Of a DNA stretch of 64,000 nt, positions 38,701 to 51,780 are shown in pieces. The notes below the pieces were generated by a model, which saw nothing but the letters and a program-made list of their open reading frames with translations, ran no database searches and was not told where the DNA came from. The stretch covers positions 19,199-83,198 of the forward strand of contig NW_021833252.1 of assembly GCF_006345805.1 (NCBI RefSeq), given 5' to 3'. A program made the translations under genes and the position numbers. The DNA comes from Octopus sinensis (Eukaryota). Each line of letters starts with the position of its first letter. Positions within the stretch are counted from its first letter, which is position 1.

Positions 38701-41700
38701 TTGTTTTTATAAAACATCTTTTTCTCTTGGCTTTATTGAGAAAATTCTATAGTGGATTTTTTCCTTTTGCACGGTACACAATTTGTAATTTACAAAACAC
38801 TTTTAAACTTCGTATACTGGTAGAATGTGTTTATAAAACATCTTTTTCTCTTGGCTATATTGAGAAAACTCTATAGTGGATCTTTTCCTTTTGAACGGTA
38901 CACAATTTGTAATTAACAAAACACTTTTAAACTTCGTATACTGGAAGAATGTGTTTATAAGACATCTTTTTCTCTTGGCTTTATTGAGAAAATTCTATAG
39001 TGGATTTTTTCCTTTTGAACGGTACACAATTTATAATTAACAAAGCACTTTTAAACTTCGTATACTGGTAGAATGTGTTTATAAAACATCTTTTTCTCTT
39101 GGCTTTATTGAGAAAATTCTATAGTGGATTTTTTCCTTTTGAACGGTACACAATTTGTAATTAACAAAGCACTTTTAAACTTCGTATACTGGTAGAATGT
39201 ATTTATAAAACATATTTTTTCTCTTGGCTTTGTTTAGAAAATTGTATAGTGGATTTTTTCCTTTTGAACGGTACACAATTTGTAGTTAACTAAACACTTT
39301 TAAACTTCGTACAGTGGTAGAATGTGTTTATAAAACATCTATTTCTCTTGGCTTTTTTTGAGAAAGTTCAATAGTGGATCTTTTCCTTTTGAACGGCACA
39401 CAATTTCTAGGTAACTAAACACTTTTAAACTTCGTAAACTGGTAGATTGTTTGTATAAAACATCTTTTTCTCTTGGCTTTATTGACAAAATTCTATAGTG
39501 GATCTTTTCCTTTTGAACGGCTCACATTTTCTAGTTAACTAAACGCTTTTAAACTTCGTATACTGGTAGAATGTGTTTTATAAATCATCTTTTCACTGGC
39601 TTTATTGTGAAGATTCATTATGGTGGATCTTTTCCTTTTGAACGGCACACAATTTCTATTTAAGTAAACATTTTGAAACTTCGTATACTGGTAGATTGTT
39701 TGTTTATAACATGTTTTTCTCTTGGCTTTATTGAGAAAATTCTATAGTGGATTTTTTCTTTGAACGGTACACAATTGTAATTAACAAAGCACTTTTAACT
39801 TCGTATACTGGTAGAATGTGTTTATAAAACATCTTTTTCTCTTGGCTTTATTGAGAAAATTCTATAGTGGATTTTTTCCTTTTGAACGGTACACAATTTG
39901 TAATTAACAAAGCACTTTAAACTTCGTATACTGGTAGAATGTGTTTTATAAAACATCTTTTCGTGGCTTTATTGAGAAAATTCTATAGTGGATTTTTCCA
40001 TTTGAACGGTACACAATTTCTAGTTAACAAAACGCTTTGAAACTTCGTATACTGGTAGAATGTGTTTAAAAACATCTTTTTCTCTTGGCTTATTGAGAAA
40101 ATTCTATAGTGGATCTTTTCCTTTTGAACGAAATACAATTGTAGTTAACTAAACACTTTTAAACTTCGTATACTGGAGATTGTTTTTATAAAACATCTTT
40201 TTCTCTTGGCTTTATTGAGAAAATTCTATAGTGGATTTTTTCCTTTTGAACGGTACACAATTTGTAATTAACAAAACACTTTTAAACTTCGTATACTGGT
40301 AGAATTGTTTATAAAACATCTTTTCTCTTGGCTTTATTGAGAAAACTCTATAGTGGATCTTTTCCTTTTGAACGGTACACAATTTGTAATTAACAAAACA
40401 CTTTTAAACTTCGTATACTTGTAGAATGTGTTTATAAAACATCTTTTTCTCTTGGCTTTATTGAGAAAATTCTATAGTGGATTTTTTCCATTTGAACGGT
40501 ACACAATTTGTAATTAACAAAGCACTTTTAAACTTCGTATACTGGTAGAATGTGTTTATAAAACATCTTTTTCTCTTGGCTTTATTGAGAAAATTCTATA
40601 GTGGATTTTTTCCTTTTGAATGGTACACAATTTGTAATTAACAAAGCACTTTTAAACTTCGTATACTGGTAGAATGTATTTATAAAACATATTTTTTCTC
40701 TTGGCTTTATTTAGAAAATTCTATAGTGGATTTTTTCCTTTTTAAACGGTACACAATTGTAGTTAACTAAACACTTTTAAACTTAGTATACTTAGAATAT
40801 GTGTAATATGTTTATAAAACATTATTTCTCTTGGCTTTATTGAGAAAATTCTATAGTGGACCTTTTCCTTTTGAACGGCACACAATTTCTAGGTAACTAA
40901 ACACTTTTAAACTTCGTAAACTGGTAGATTGTGTTATAAAACATCTTTTTCTCTTGCTTTATTGAGAAAATTCTATAGTGGATCTTTTCCTTTTGAACGG
41001 TACACAATCTAGTTAACTAAAACGCTTTTAATCTTCGTATACTGGTAGAATGTGTTTATAAAACATCTTTTTCTCTTGGCTTTATTGAGAAAATTCTATA
41101 GTGGATTTTTTCCTTTTGAACGGTACACAATTGTAATTAACAAAGCACTTTTAACTTCGTATACTGGTAGAATGTGTTTATAAAATATCTTTTTCTTTCT
41201 TGGCTTTATTGAGAAAATTCTATAGTGGATTTTTCCTTTTGAACGGTACACAATTTGTAATTAACAAGCACTTTTAAACTTCGTATACTGGTAGAATGTG
41301 TTTATAAAACATCTTTTTCTCTTGGCTTTATTGACAAAATTCTATAGTGGATTTTTTCCTTTTGAACGGTACACAATTTGTAATTAACAAAGCACTTTTA
41401 AACTTCGTATACTGGTAGAATGTATTTATAAAACATATTTTTTCTCTTGGCTTTGTTTAGAAAATTCTATAGTGGATTTTTACCTTTTGAACGGTACACA
41501 ATTTGTCGTTAACTAAACACTTTTAAACTTCGTACACTGGTAGAATGTGTTTATAAAACATCTATTTCTCTTGGCTTTTTTGAGAAAGTTCTATAGTGGA
41601 TCTTTTCCTTTTGAACGGCACACAATTTCTAGGTAACTAAACACTTTTAAACTTCGTAAACTGGTAGATTGTTTGTATAAAACATCTTTTTCTCTTGGCT

Positions 41701-44700
41701 TTATTGACAAAATTCTATAGTGGATCTTTTCCTTTTGAACGGCTCACAATTTCTAGTTAACTAAACACATTTTAACTTCGTATACTGGTAGAATGTGTTT
41801 ATAAAACATGTTTTTCTCTTGGCTTTATTGAGAAAATTCTATAGTGGATCTTTTCCTTTTGAACGGCACACAATTTCTAGTTAACTAAACACTTTTAAAC
41901 TTCGTATACTGGTAGAATGTGTTTATAAAACATCTTTTTCTCTTGGCTTTATTGAGAAAATTCTATAGTGGATTTTTTCCTTTTGAACGGTACACAATTT
42001 GTAATTAACAAAGCACTTTTAAACTTCGTATACTGGTAGAATGTGTTTATAAAACATCTTTTTCTCTTGGCTTTATTGAGAAAATTCTATAGTGGATTTT
42101 TTCCTTTTGAACGGTACACAATTTGTAATTAACAAAGCACTTTTAAACTTCGTATACTGGTAGAATGTGTTTATAAAACATCTTTTTCTCTTGGCTTTAT
42201 TGAGAAAATTCTGTAGTGGATTTTTTCCTTTTGAACGGTACACAATTTGTAATTAACAAAGCACTTTTAAACTTCGTATACTGGTAGAATGTGTTTATAA
42301 AACATCTTTTTCTCGTGGCTTTATTGAGAAAATTCTATAGTGGATTTTTTCCATTTGAACGGTACACAATTTCTAGTTAACAAAACGCTTTGAAACTTCG
42401 TATACTGGTAGAATGTGTTTGTAAAACATCTTTTTCTCTTGGCTTTATTGAGAAAATTCTATCGTGGATCTTTTCCTTTTGAACGAAATACAATTTCTTG
42501 TTAACTAAACACTTTTAAACTTCGTATACTGGTAGATTGTTTTTATAAAACATCTTTTTCTCTTGGCTTTATTGAGAAAATTCTATAGTGGATTTTTTCC
42601 TTTTGCACGGTACACAATTTGTAATTACAAAAAACACTTTTAAACTTCGTATACTGGTAGAATGTGTTTATAAAACATCTTTTTCTCTTGGCTTTATTGA
42701 GAAAACTCTATAGTGGGATCTTTCTCCTTTTGAACGGTACACAATTTGTATTAACTAAACACTTTTAAACTTCGTATACTGGAGAATGTGTTAAAACATC
42801 TTTTCTCTTGGCTTTATTGAGAAAATTCTATAGTGGTTTTTTCCTTTTGAACGGTACACAATTAGTAATTAACAAAGCACTTTTAAACTTCGTATACTGG
42901 TAGAATGTGTTTATAAAACATCTTTTTCTCTTGGCTTTATTGAGAAAATTCTATAGTGGATTTTTCCTTTTGAACGGTACACAATTTGTAATTAACAAAG
43001 CACTTTTAAACTTCGTATACTGGTAGAATGTGTGTTTATAAAACATCTTTTTCTCTTGGCTTTATTGAGAAAATTCTATAGTTGATTTTTTCCTTTTGAC
43101 TGGTACACAATTTGTAATTAACAAAGTACTTTTAAACTTCGTATACTGGTAGAATGTATTTATAAAACATATTTTTTCTCTGGCTTTATTAGAAAATTCT
43201 ATAGTGGATTTTTTCCTTTTGAAAGGTACACAATTTGTAATTAACAAAAAGCACTTTTAAACTTCGTATACTGGTAGAATGTGTTTATAAAACATCTTTT
43301 CTCTTGGCTTTATTGAGAAAATTCTATAGTGGATTTTTCCTTTTGAACGGTACACATTTGTAATTAACAAAACACTTTTAAACTTCGTATACTGGTAGAA
43401 TGTGTTTATAAAACATCTTTTTCTCTTGGCTTTATTGACAAAATTCTATAGTGGATTTTTTCCTTTTGAACGGTACACAATTGTAATTAACAAAGCACTT
43501 TTAAACTTCGTATACTGGTAGAATGTGTTTATAAAACATCTTTTTTCTCTGGCTTTGATTTAGAAAATTCTATAGTGGATTTTACCTTTTGAACGGTACA
43601 CAATTTGTCGTTAACTAAACACTTTTAAACTTCGTATACTGGTAGAATGTGTTTATAAAACATCTTTTCTCTTGGCTTTTTTGAGAAAGTTCTATAGTGG
43701 ATCTTTTCCTTTTGAACGGCACACAATTTCTAAGGTAACTAAACACTTTTAACTTCGTATACTGGTAGATGTTGTTGTATAAAACATCTTTTCTCTGGCT
43801 TTATTGAGAAAATTCTATAGTGGATCTTTTCCTTTTGAACGGCTCACAATTTTTAGTTAACTAAACACATTTTAACTTCGTATACTGGTAGAATGTGTTT
43901 ATAAAACATGTTTTCTCTTGGCTTTATTGAGAAAATTCTATAGTGGATCTTTTCCTTTTGAACGGCACACATTTCTAGTTAACTAAACACTTTTAAACTT
44001 CGTATACTGGTAGAATGTGTTTATAAAACATCTTTTTCTCTTGGCTTTATTGAGAAAATTCTATAGTGGATTTTTTCCTTTTGAACGGTACACAATTTGT
44101 AATTAACAAAGCACTTTTAAACTTCGTATACTAGTAGTGGTAGAATGTGTTTATAAAACATCTTTTTCTCTTGGCTTTATTGAGAAAATTCTATAGTGGA
44201 TTTTTCCTTTTGAACGGTACACAATTTGTAATTAACAAAGCACTTTTAAACTTCGTATACTGGTAGAATGTGTTATAAAACATCTTTTTCTTTGGCTTTA
44301 TTGAGAAAATTCTATAGTGGATCTTTTCCTTTTGAACGGTACACAATTTGTAATTAACAAAGCACTTTTAAACTTGGGATACTGGTAGAATGTGTTTATA
44401 AAACATCTTTTTCTCTTGGCTTTATTGAGAAAATTCTATAGTGGATTTTTTCCTTTTGAACGGTACACAATTTGTAATTAACAAAGCACTTTTATACTTC
44501 GTATACTGGTAGAATGTGTTTATAAAACATCTTTTTCTCTTGGCTTTATTGAGAAAATTCTATAGTGGATTTTTTCCTTTTGAACGGTACACAATTTGTA
44601 ATTAACAAAGTACTTTTAAACTTCGTATACTGGTAGAATGTATTTATAAAACATATTTTTTCTCTTGGCTTTATTGAGAAAGTTCTATAGTGGACCTTTT

Positions 44701-45405
44701 CCTTTTGAACGGCACACAATTTCTAGTTAACTAAACACTTTTAAACTTCGTAAACTGGTAGATTGTTTGTATAAAACATCTTTTTCTCTTGGCTTTATTG
44801 AGAAAATTCTATAGTGGATCTTTTCCTTTTGAACGGCACACAATTTCTAGTTAACTAAACACTTTTAAACTTCGTAAACTGGTAGAATGTATTCATAAAA
44901 CATCTTTTTCTCTTGGCTTTATTGTGAAGATTCTATGGTGGATCTTTTCCTTTTGAACGGCACACAATTTCTATTTAAGTAAACACTTTGAAACTTCGTA
45001 TACTGGTAGATTGTTTGTATACAACATGTTTTTTCTTGGCTTTATTGAGAAAATTCTATAGTGGATCTTTTCCTTTTGAACGGCTCACAATTTCTATTTA
45101 AGTAAACACTTTGAAACTTCGTATACTGGTAGAATGTGTTCATAAAACATCTTTTTCTCTTGGCTTTTTTGAGAGATTTCTATAGTGGATCTTTTTCTTT
45201 TGAACGGTACACAATTTCTAGTTAAGTAAACACTTTTTAACTTCGTATACTGGTAGAATGTGTTTATAAAACATGTTTTTCTCTTGGCTTTATTGAGAAA
45301 ATTCTATAGTGGATCTCTTCCTTTTGAACGGCACACAATTTCTGATTAACTAAACACTTTTAAACTTCGTATACTGGTAGATTGTGTTTATAAAACATCT
45401 TTTTC
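23792..45405. repeat. Satellite 2: about 174 tandem units of ~124 bp with higher-order structure
   Basis: Monomer GGATCTTTTCCTTTTGAACGGYACACAATTT..AAACTTCGTATACTGGTAGA..GGCTTTATTGAGAAAATTCTATAGT. GTGGAT recurs at 23790, 23914, 24037 and 24161. Confidence 0.98.
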
Positions 45406-45441
45406 TTTCTTCCTTTCTTCCTGCCAACATCCTATATATGG

Positions 45442-46523
45442 AGAGACGACGGTGAACAAGTACGGTCGCCGTCTGTGAGACGCGCCTTTCCACAGCTCTT
45501 CTCATTGACCGAACTGCAATCATGGATCAAGCAGGGGCCGAGGTTGTGCAAACGGCAATGCAAGTGTCATCGCCATGCTTTTGAGCAGGTCTGCCCCCCG
45601 GGTTCAAACTTCTTCGTCTTCAATTCCACCAAGGCGTTCTATAGAGGATTAGTGGAGGAGAGGTGCGACGACGTTCTTGGGGGAGACTCTTGGCGTCGAC
45701 AGGGAATACCTGACTCGCCTCATCAGGACCACTTTCGGGTCAGAACTTATGGACAATTTCCAGAGATCCCTGGCCTGGCAGTGCTATTGGGGAGCCCTAC
45801 CCGTTCGAGATAAGGTCTAGAGACACGGTTCAAGAAACACCATCCCGAGAGGGGTCAGAACCACGAAACCGTCGTGCAATGTCCAAATATTTCAGACCTG
45901 TGGGCCTATGTCGAACGGCTGCCGTCACTTGTGGGACGAGTCCGGTTGTCAACCGGGTCTATCGTAAATATTGCCCCGCCACCTTCCTTTATCGGGAAGG
46001 CAAGGCAGTTTTCATCGTACTGGTGGCTATGGCGAACGAGTGTGTGTGGTGGACTCTTTTGAAAGGCTTAGAGACAAATACTTTCCTCTCTGGCCAACCT
46101 CTCATCAACTTTTTCAAGTATCACTTGGAAAGGAAGGTAAGAGTAGGAGTAAGATGGAAGCTTTGTCTAATGAAACGTTTAATAAAAGGTGGGTGAATGT
46201 AGCAAAGATGGTACGCACGGATAACGAAACCACTTTGAGCATGATCCTATATAACAAAAAAGAGAAAGAGCGTATTGCTCTCATGTTTATTTTCCCCGTG
46301 GTTACCGTGGTGTTTTTTCGTAGGGTTTTCTTTCCACGGATAACCCTAGTCAGTGTTATATTTTCTCCCCTTTTTGGGAATATCTGTTGTTAAAACGTTA
46401 CCTTGTTATCGCTTTGTGTACCCGTCCCAAAACCTTTTCGATTCCTATTGATTGGTTTTGTAAAGAAAAATTCTACATTGTATCGTCCCCTCTGTGTTCG
46501 GCCCTGTGTGGCCTAATAAAGAA

Positions 46524-46525
<2 letters not shown>
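45442..46525 (+). mobile_element. Second, more decayed 5'-truncated copy of the Tx1/L1-like LINE
   Basis: Colinear with 394-1597 (AFPQL, KAFYRGLVE, SDLWAYVE, KGLETNTFLSGQ). Ends AATAAAGAAA followed by (TCTA)n. Confidence 0.88.
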
Positions 46526-46597
<72 letters not shown>

Positions 46598-46626
46598 GTC
46601 CACCTGTCTGACTTTGTCTCTCTTTT

Positions 46627-46679
<53 letters not shown>

Positions 46680-46757
46680 GTCTATCTCCCCACCCATCTA
46701 CCTGTTTGCCTTTATACCCGACTGTTTGTGTCTGTTTTTAGTCAGCTAAAAAGAATA

Positions 46758-46800
<43 letters not shown>

Positions 46801-46856
46801 ACACACAACTCTCTCTCTCCTCTTTCTATCCTCTCTCTCACCTTCTCTCTCTCTCT
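46523..46856. repeat. (TATC)n, (TC)n and (CA)n microsatellites
   Basis: Direct reading. Confidence 0.95.
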
Positions 46857-47240
46857 TGCCATAAATAGCTCAGCAAAGGAAAAAGACAAAACGAAGGCAA
46901 ACATAAACCAACTACAGCAACAAAAACCCATAAAACAACATGGACGTCACTGTCGTCTGCTTAAATTATTGACTAAAAAAAAAATAAAAGAAGCATAAAG
47001 AAAACTAAATGCTAACTATACATATGACCGCAACATCAACAACAGCAACAACACGATCGTGTGTATAAGTATTGACTGAAGAAAGGGAAGAAGAAGAAAG
47101 CGAGGCAAACGAAAAAGAAATTAGAGCTAAAACAACAGAAATACGAATTGATTGGTGAGAAAAAGCAAGAAAGAGAAATGGGATAAATGTAACGAGAATA
47201 AGCGAAAGGCAACGAAGAAAAAATATATAAATATATTATT

Positions 47241-48500
47241 AGGAAGCACTCCGTCGGTTACGACGATGAGCGTTCCGGTTGATCCGAATCAACGGAACAG
47301 CCTGCTCGTGAAATAACGTGTAAGTGGCTGAGCACTCCACAGACACGTGCACCCTTAACGTAGTTCTCGGGGATATTCAGCGTGACACAGAGAGTGACAA
47401 GGCCGGCCCTTTGAAATTGAAGCACTCCGTCGGTTACGACGACGAGGGTTCCGGTTGATCCGAATCAACGGAACAGCCTGCTCGTGAAATAAACGTGTAA
47501 GTGGCTGAGCACTCCACAGACACGTGCACCCTTAACGTAGTTCTCGGGGATATTCAGCGTGACACAGAGAGTGACAAGGCCGGCCCTTTGAAATTGAAGC
47601 ACTCCGTCGGTTACGACGACGAGGGTCCCGGTTGATCCGAATCAACGGAACAGCCTGCTCGTGAAATAAACGTGTAAGTGGCTGAGCACTCCACAGACAC
47701 GTGCACCCTTAACGTAGTTCTCGGGGATATTCAGCGTGACACAGAGAGTGACAAGGCCGGCCCTTTGAAATTGAAGCACTCCGTCGGTTACGACGACGAG
47801 GGTTCCGGTTGATCCGAATCAACGGAACAGCCTGCTCGTGAAATTAACGTGTAAGTGGCTGAGCACTCCACAGACACGTGTACCCTTAACGTAGTTCTCG
47901 GGGATATTCAGCGTGACACAGAGAGTGACAAGGCCGGCCCCTTGAAATACAGGTACAACAGAAACAGGAAGTAAGATTGAGAGAAAGTTGTGGTGAAAGA
48001 GTACAGCAGGGATCACCACCATCCGCTGCCGGAGCCTCGTGGAGCTTTACGTGTACCTTAACGTAGTTCTCGGGGATATTCAGCGTGACACAGAGAGTGA
48101 CAAGGCCGGCCCTTTGAAATACAGGTACAACAGAAACAGGAAGTAAGATTGAGAGAATGTTGTGGTGAAAGAGTACAGCAGGGATCACCACCATCTGCTG
48201 CCGGAGCCTCGTGGAGCTTTACGTGTACCCTTAACGTAGTTCTCGGGGATATTCAGCGTGACACAGAGAGTGACAAGGCCGGCCCTTTGAAATACAGGTA
48301 CAACAGAAACAGGAAGTAAGAGTGAGAGAATGTTGTGGTGAAAGAGTACAGCAGGGATCACCAACATCCCCTGCCGGAGCCTCGTAGAGCTTTTAGGTTT
48401 TTCGCTCAATAAACACTCACAACGCCCGGTCTGGGAATCGAAACCGCGATCCTATGACCGCGAGTCCGCTGCCCTAACCACTGGGCCATTGCGCCTCCAC
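47241..48500 (-). mobile_element. SINE family C with internal tandem amplifications (3 x ~172 bp and 4 x ~177 bp), within one 12-bp TSD
   Basis: Single tRNA-like head at about 48425-48498. AAATATATTATT at 47229-47240 and 48501-48512. Confidence 0.9.
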
Positions 48501-48642
48501 AAATATATTATTGTCGCATGGCTGACGTGGTTAAGAAAACCCGTTTCGCATATGCCACTTGTTTCTGAGTGGATAGATAGATAGATATATATGTGTGTAT
48601 ATATGTGTGTATATATGTGTGTATATATATGTGTATATATAT

Positions 48643-49040
48643 ATGGACACTAAAGAAAGCTGAACAGAAGAGAATTAATGCATTCGAGCTTTGGTGTTGG
48701 AGAAGACTTTTACGGATTCCATGGACAGCGAGGCTCGCCAATGGAGAAGTTCTTAAGCAAATCAGGCCGAAAATGTCGCGAGAAGCTGGGATCACCAAGC
48801 GTAGATTGGCATATTTCGGTCATATTATGCGGAGAAAATTCCTGGAGAAGGACATCATGCTTGGAATGGTCAGTGGCAAGAGAGGAAGAGGCCGACCAAG
48901 AACCCGCTGACTTAACTCCATCAAGAGTGATACCGGAATGGACATGGCCAGTCTGAAAGAAGCGGCCCAGGATAGAACTGACTGGAGGACACTGATCCAA
49001 CGAGTGACCGAGAGTCGACTTCGACTGAGCGGATAGAGAG
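48643..49040 (+). mobile_element. RTE-clade (BovB-like) LINE 3' fragment
   Basis: WTLKKAEQKRINAFELWCWRRLLRIPW..YFGHIMRR..LEKDIMLGMVSGKRGRGRPR. Confidence 0.92.
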
Positions 49041-49112
49041 ATTTGGTGATATGAACAAATTTGATTCTGCCAAAACTGAAATGAAACTTTTAATAAAAGA
49101 AGTTCATGCACA

Positions 49113-49292
49113 TGGGCGTAGGAGTGGCTGTGTGGTAAGTAGCTTGCTTACGAACCACATGGTTCCGGGTTCAGTCCCACTGCGTGGCACCTTGGACAAG
49201 TGTCTTCTACTAAAGCCTCGGACCGACCAGAGCCTTGTGACTCACAAGGCTCACAGGTTTTGGTAGACGGAAACTGAAAGAAGCCTTTCGTA

Positions 49293-49374
<82 letters not shown>

Positions 49375-49828
49375 CGTACCTACATACCAACCTACCTACC
49401 TGTCTGTCTGTCTGTCTATATATCTAGTTGGAATTTACAGAAAAACAAAAGATGAAGACAGGTGTGTAAACAACAAATAGGTGTATTAGTTTAACGGTCG
49501 GGAAGGTGAGAAAGTCTGTAACGTTTCGAGCCTACGCTCTTCAGCAGAAAGGAGCGCGAGAAAATAAAAACAGGGAGAGAATATATAAAGCTTTAGCGGC
49601 TAGCGGTCAATCATTTGTGTGGCTGTGTTTGTCCCCCACTCACCATCGCTTGAGAACCGATGTTGGTGTGTTTACGTCCCCGTAACTTAGCGGTTCGGAA
49701 AAAGTGATCGATTGAATAAGTACTAGGCTTGCAAAGAATAAGTCCTGGGTTCGATTTTATTCGACTAAAGGTGGTGCTGCAGCATGGCCACAGTCAAATG
49801 ACTGAAACAAGTAAAAGGATGAAAGAAA

Positions 49829-49830
<2 letters not shown>
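49113..49830 (+). mobile_element. SINE family A, split by (TATC)n and a Penelope-like insert
   Basis: Head at 49113-49290 and tail at about 49615-49830. Confidence 0.8.
49428..49612 (-). mobile_element. Penelope-like element terminal-repeat fragment
   Basis: Minus strand has CTGAAGAGCGTAGGCTCGAAACGTT, the hammerhead-like signature of PLE repeats. No coding evidence. Confidence 0.5.
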
Positions 49831-49871
<41 letters not shown>

Positions 49872-49914
49872 AGCACATACAGATACGTAGGTTTACATAC
49901 ACATGCATACATAA

Positions 49915-51080
49915 AAACCACTATCACTACCACTAAGATTAACATCACCACTACTACCAGACGACCACCACCAGTACTACCGCCAAAACTACCACCATGA
50001 CCACCACCAATAACATCACCGCTACCACCAGACTACCACCACCATGACCACCACCAATAACATCACCGCTACCACCAGACTACCACCACCATGACCACCA
50101 CCAATAACATCACCGCTACCACCAGACTACCACCACCAGTACTACCGCCAAGACTACCACCATGACCACCACTAACATCACCACTACCATCAGACTATCA
50201 CCACCAGTACTACCGCCAAAACTACCACCATGACCACCACCACTAACATCACCGCTACCACCAGACTACCACCAGACTACCACCACCAGTACTACCGCCA
50301 AGACTACCACCATGACCACCACTAACATCACCACTACCACCAGACTATCACCACCAGTACTACCGCCAAAACTACCACCATGACCACCACCACTAACATC
50401 ACCGCTACCACCAGACTACCACCAGACTACCACCACCAGTACTACCGCCAAGACTACCACCATGACCACCACTAACATCACCACTACCACCAGACTATCA
50501 CCACCAGTACTACCGCCAAAACTACCACCATGACCACCACCACTAACATCACCGCTACCACCAGACTACCACCAGACTACCACCACCAGTACTACCGCCA
50601 AGACTACCACCATGACCACCACTAACATCACCACTACCACTACTACCGCCAAGACTACCACCACCAGTACTACTACCGCCAAGACTACCACCATGACCAC
50701 CACCACTAACATCACCGCTACCACCAGACTACCACCAGACTACCACCACCAGTACTACCGCCAAGACTACCACCATGACCACCACTAACATCACCACTAC
50801 CACCAGACTATCACCACCAGTACTACCGCCAAGACTACCACCAGTACTACCGCCAAAACTACCACCATGACCACCACTAACATCACCACTACCACCAGAC
50901 TACCACCACCAGTACTACCGCCAAAACTACCACCACCACCACCACCACTAACATCACCACTACTACCAGACTACCACCACCACCACCACCACTAACATCA
51001 CCACTACTACCAGACTACTACCACTACTACTTCCAACACTATCATCACCACTACCACTACTACCGCCAACACCAACACCA
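49915..51080. repeat. ACC/ACT-derived minisatellite with a 150-bp higher-order period
   Basis: CATGACCACCACTAACATCA at 50161, 50311, 50461 and 50611. Confidence 0.92.
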
Positions 51081-51780
51081 TGTACACACTCACATATACG
51101 CGCGCGCACACACACATAGACGCATACACACAACCGTACAAATACGTGCATGTATGCGTACACACATACATACACACGTACACATTACACATACATACAC
51201 ATGCACGCATGCACATGTACACACACACAAACACATACTGGAATATCCACATACACACATACGCATTTCATACACTCGTACACATACATACAAACACATA
51301 CACACACACGCTCGCACATGTATTTCCACCACCACCATCACCACCACCACTACCATCACCACCACCACCACTACCATCACCACCACCACCACTACCATCA
51401 CCATCACCACCACCACCTCCACCACCACCATCACCACCACCACCACTACCATCACCATCACCACCTCCACCACCACCATCACCACCACCACCATCACCAC
51501 CACCACCACCTTCCACCACCACCATCATTACCACCACCACCACCATCATCACCACCACTACCACCACCACCACCACCATCACCACCACCTTCCACCACCA
51601 CCATCACCACCACCACCACTACTACCGCCACGACTATCACCACCACTACCACTTGCATCACCCCTACCAGACTACCACCACCACCACCACCACCACCACC
51701 AGCACCACCAGCACCACCACCATCTCCACCACCACCACTACCGTCACCACCACCACCACCACCACCACAACAACAACAAC
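51080..51780. repeat. Degenerate (CA)n followed by (CAC/CAT)n
   Basis: Direct reading. Confidence 0.95.

Noticed and set aside
37700-44300. Raised indel rate in satellite 2 as accelerated decay
   Set aside because: The indels are mainly homopolymer length changes, so sequencing or consensus error is more likely.
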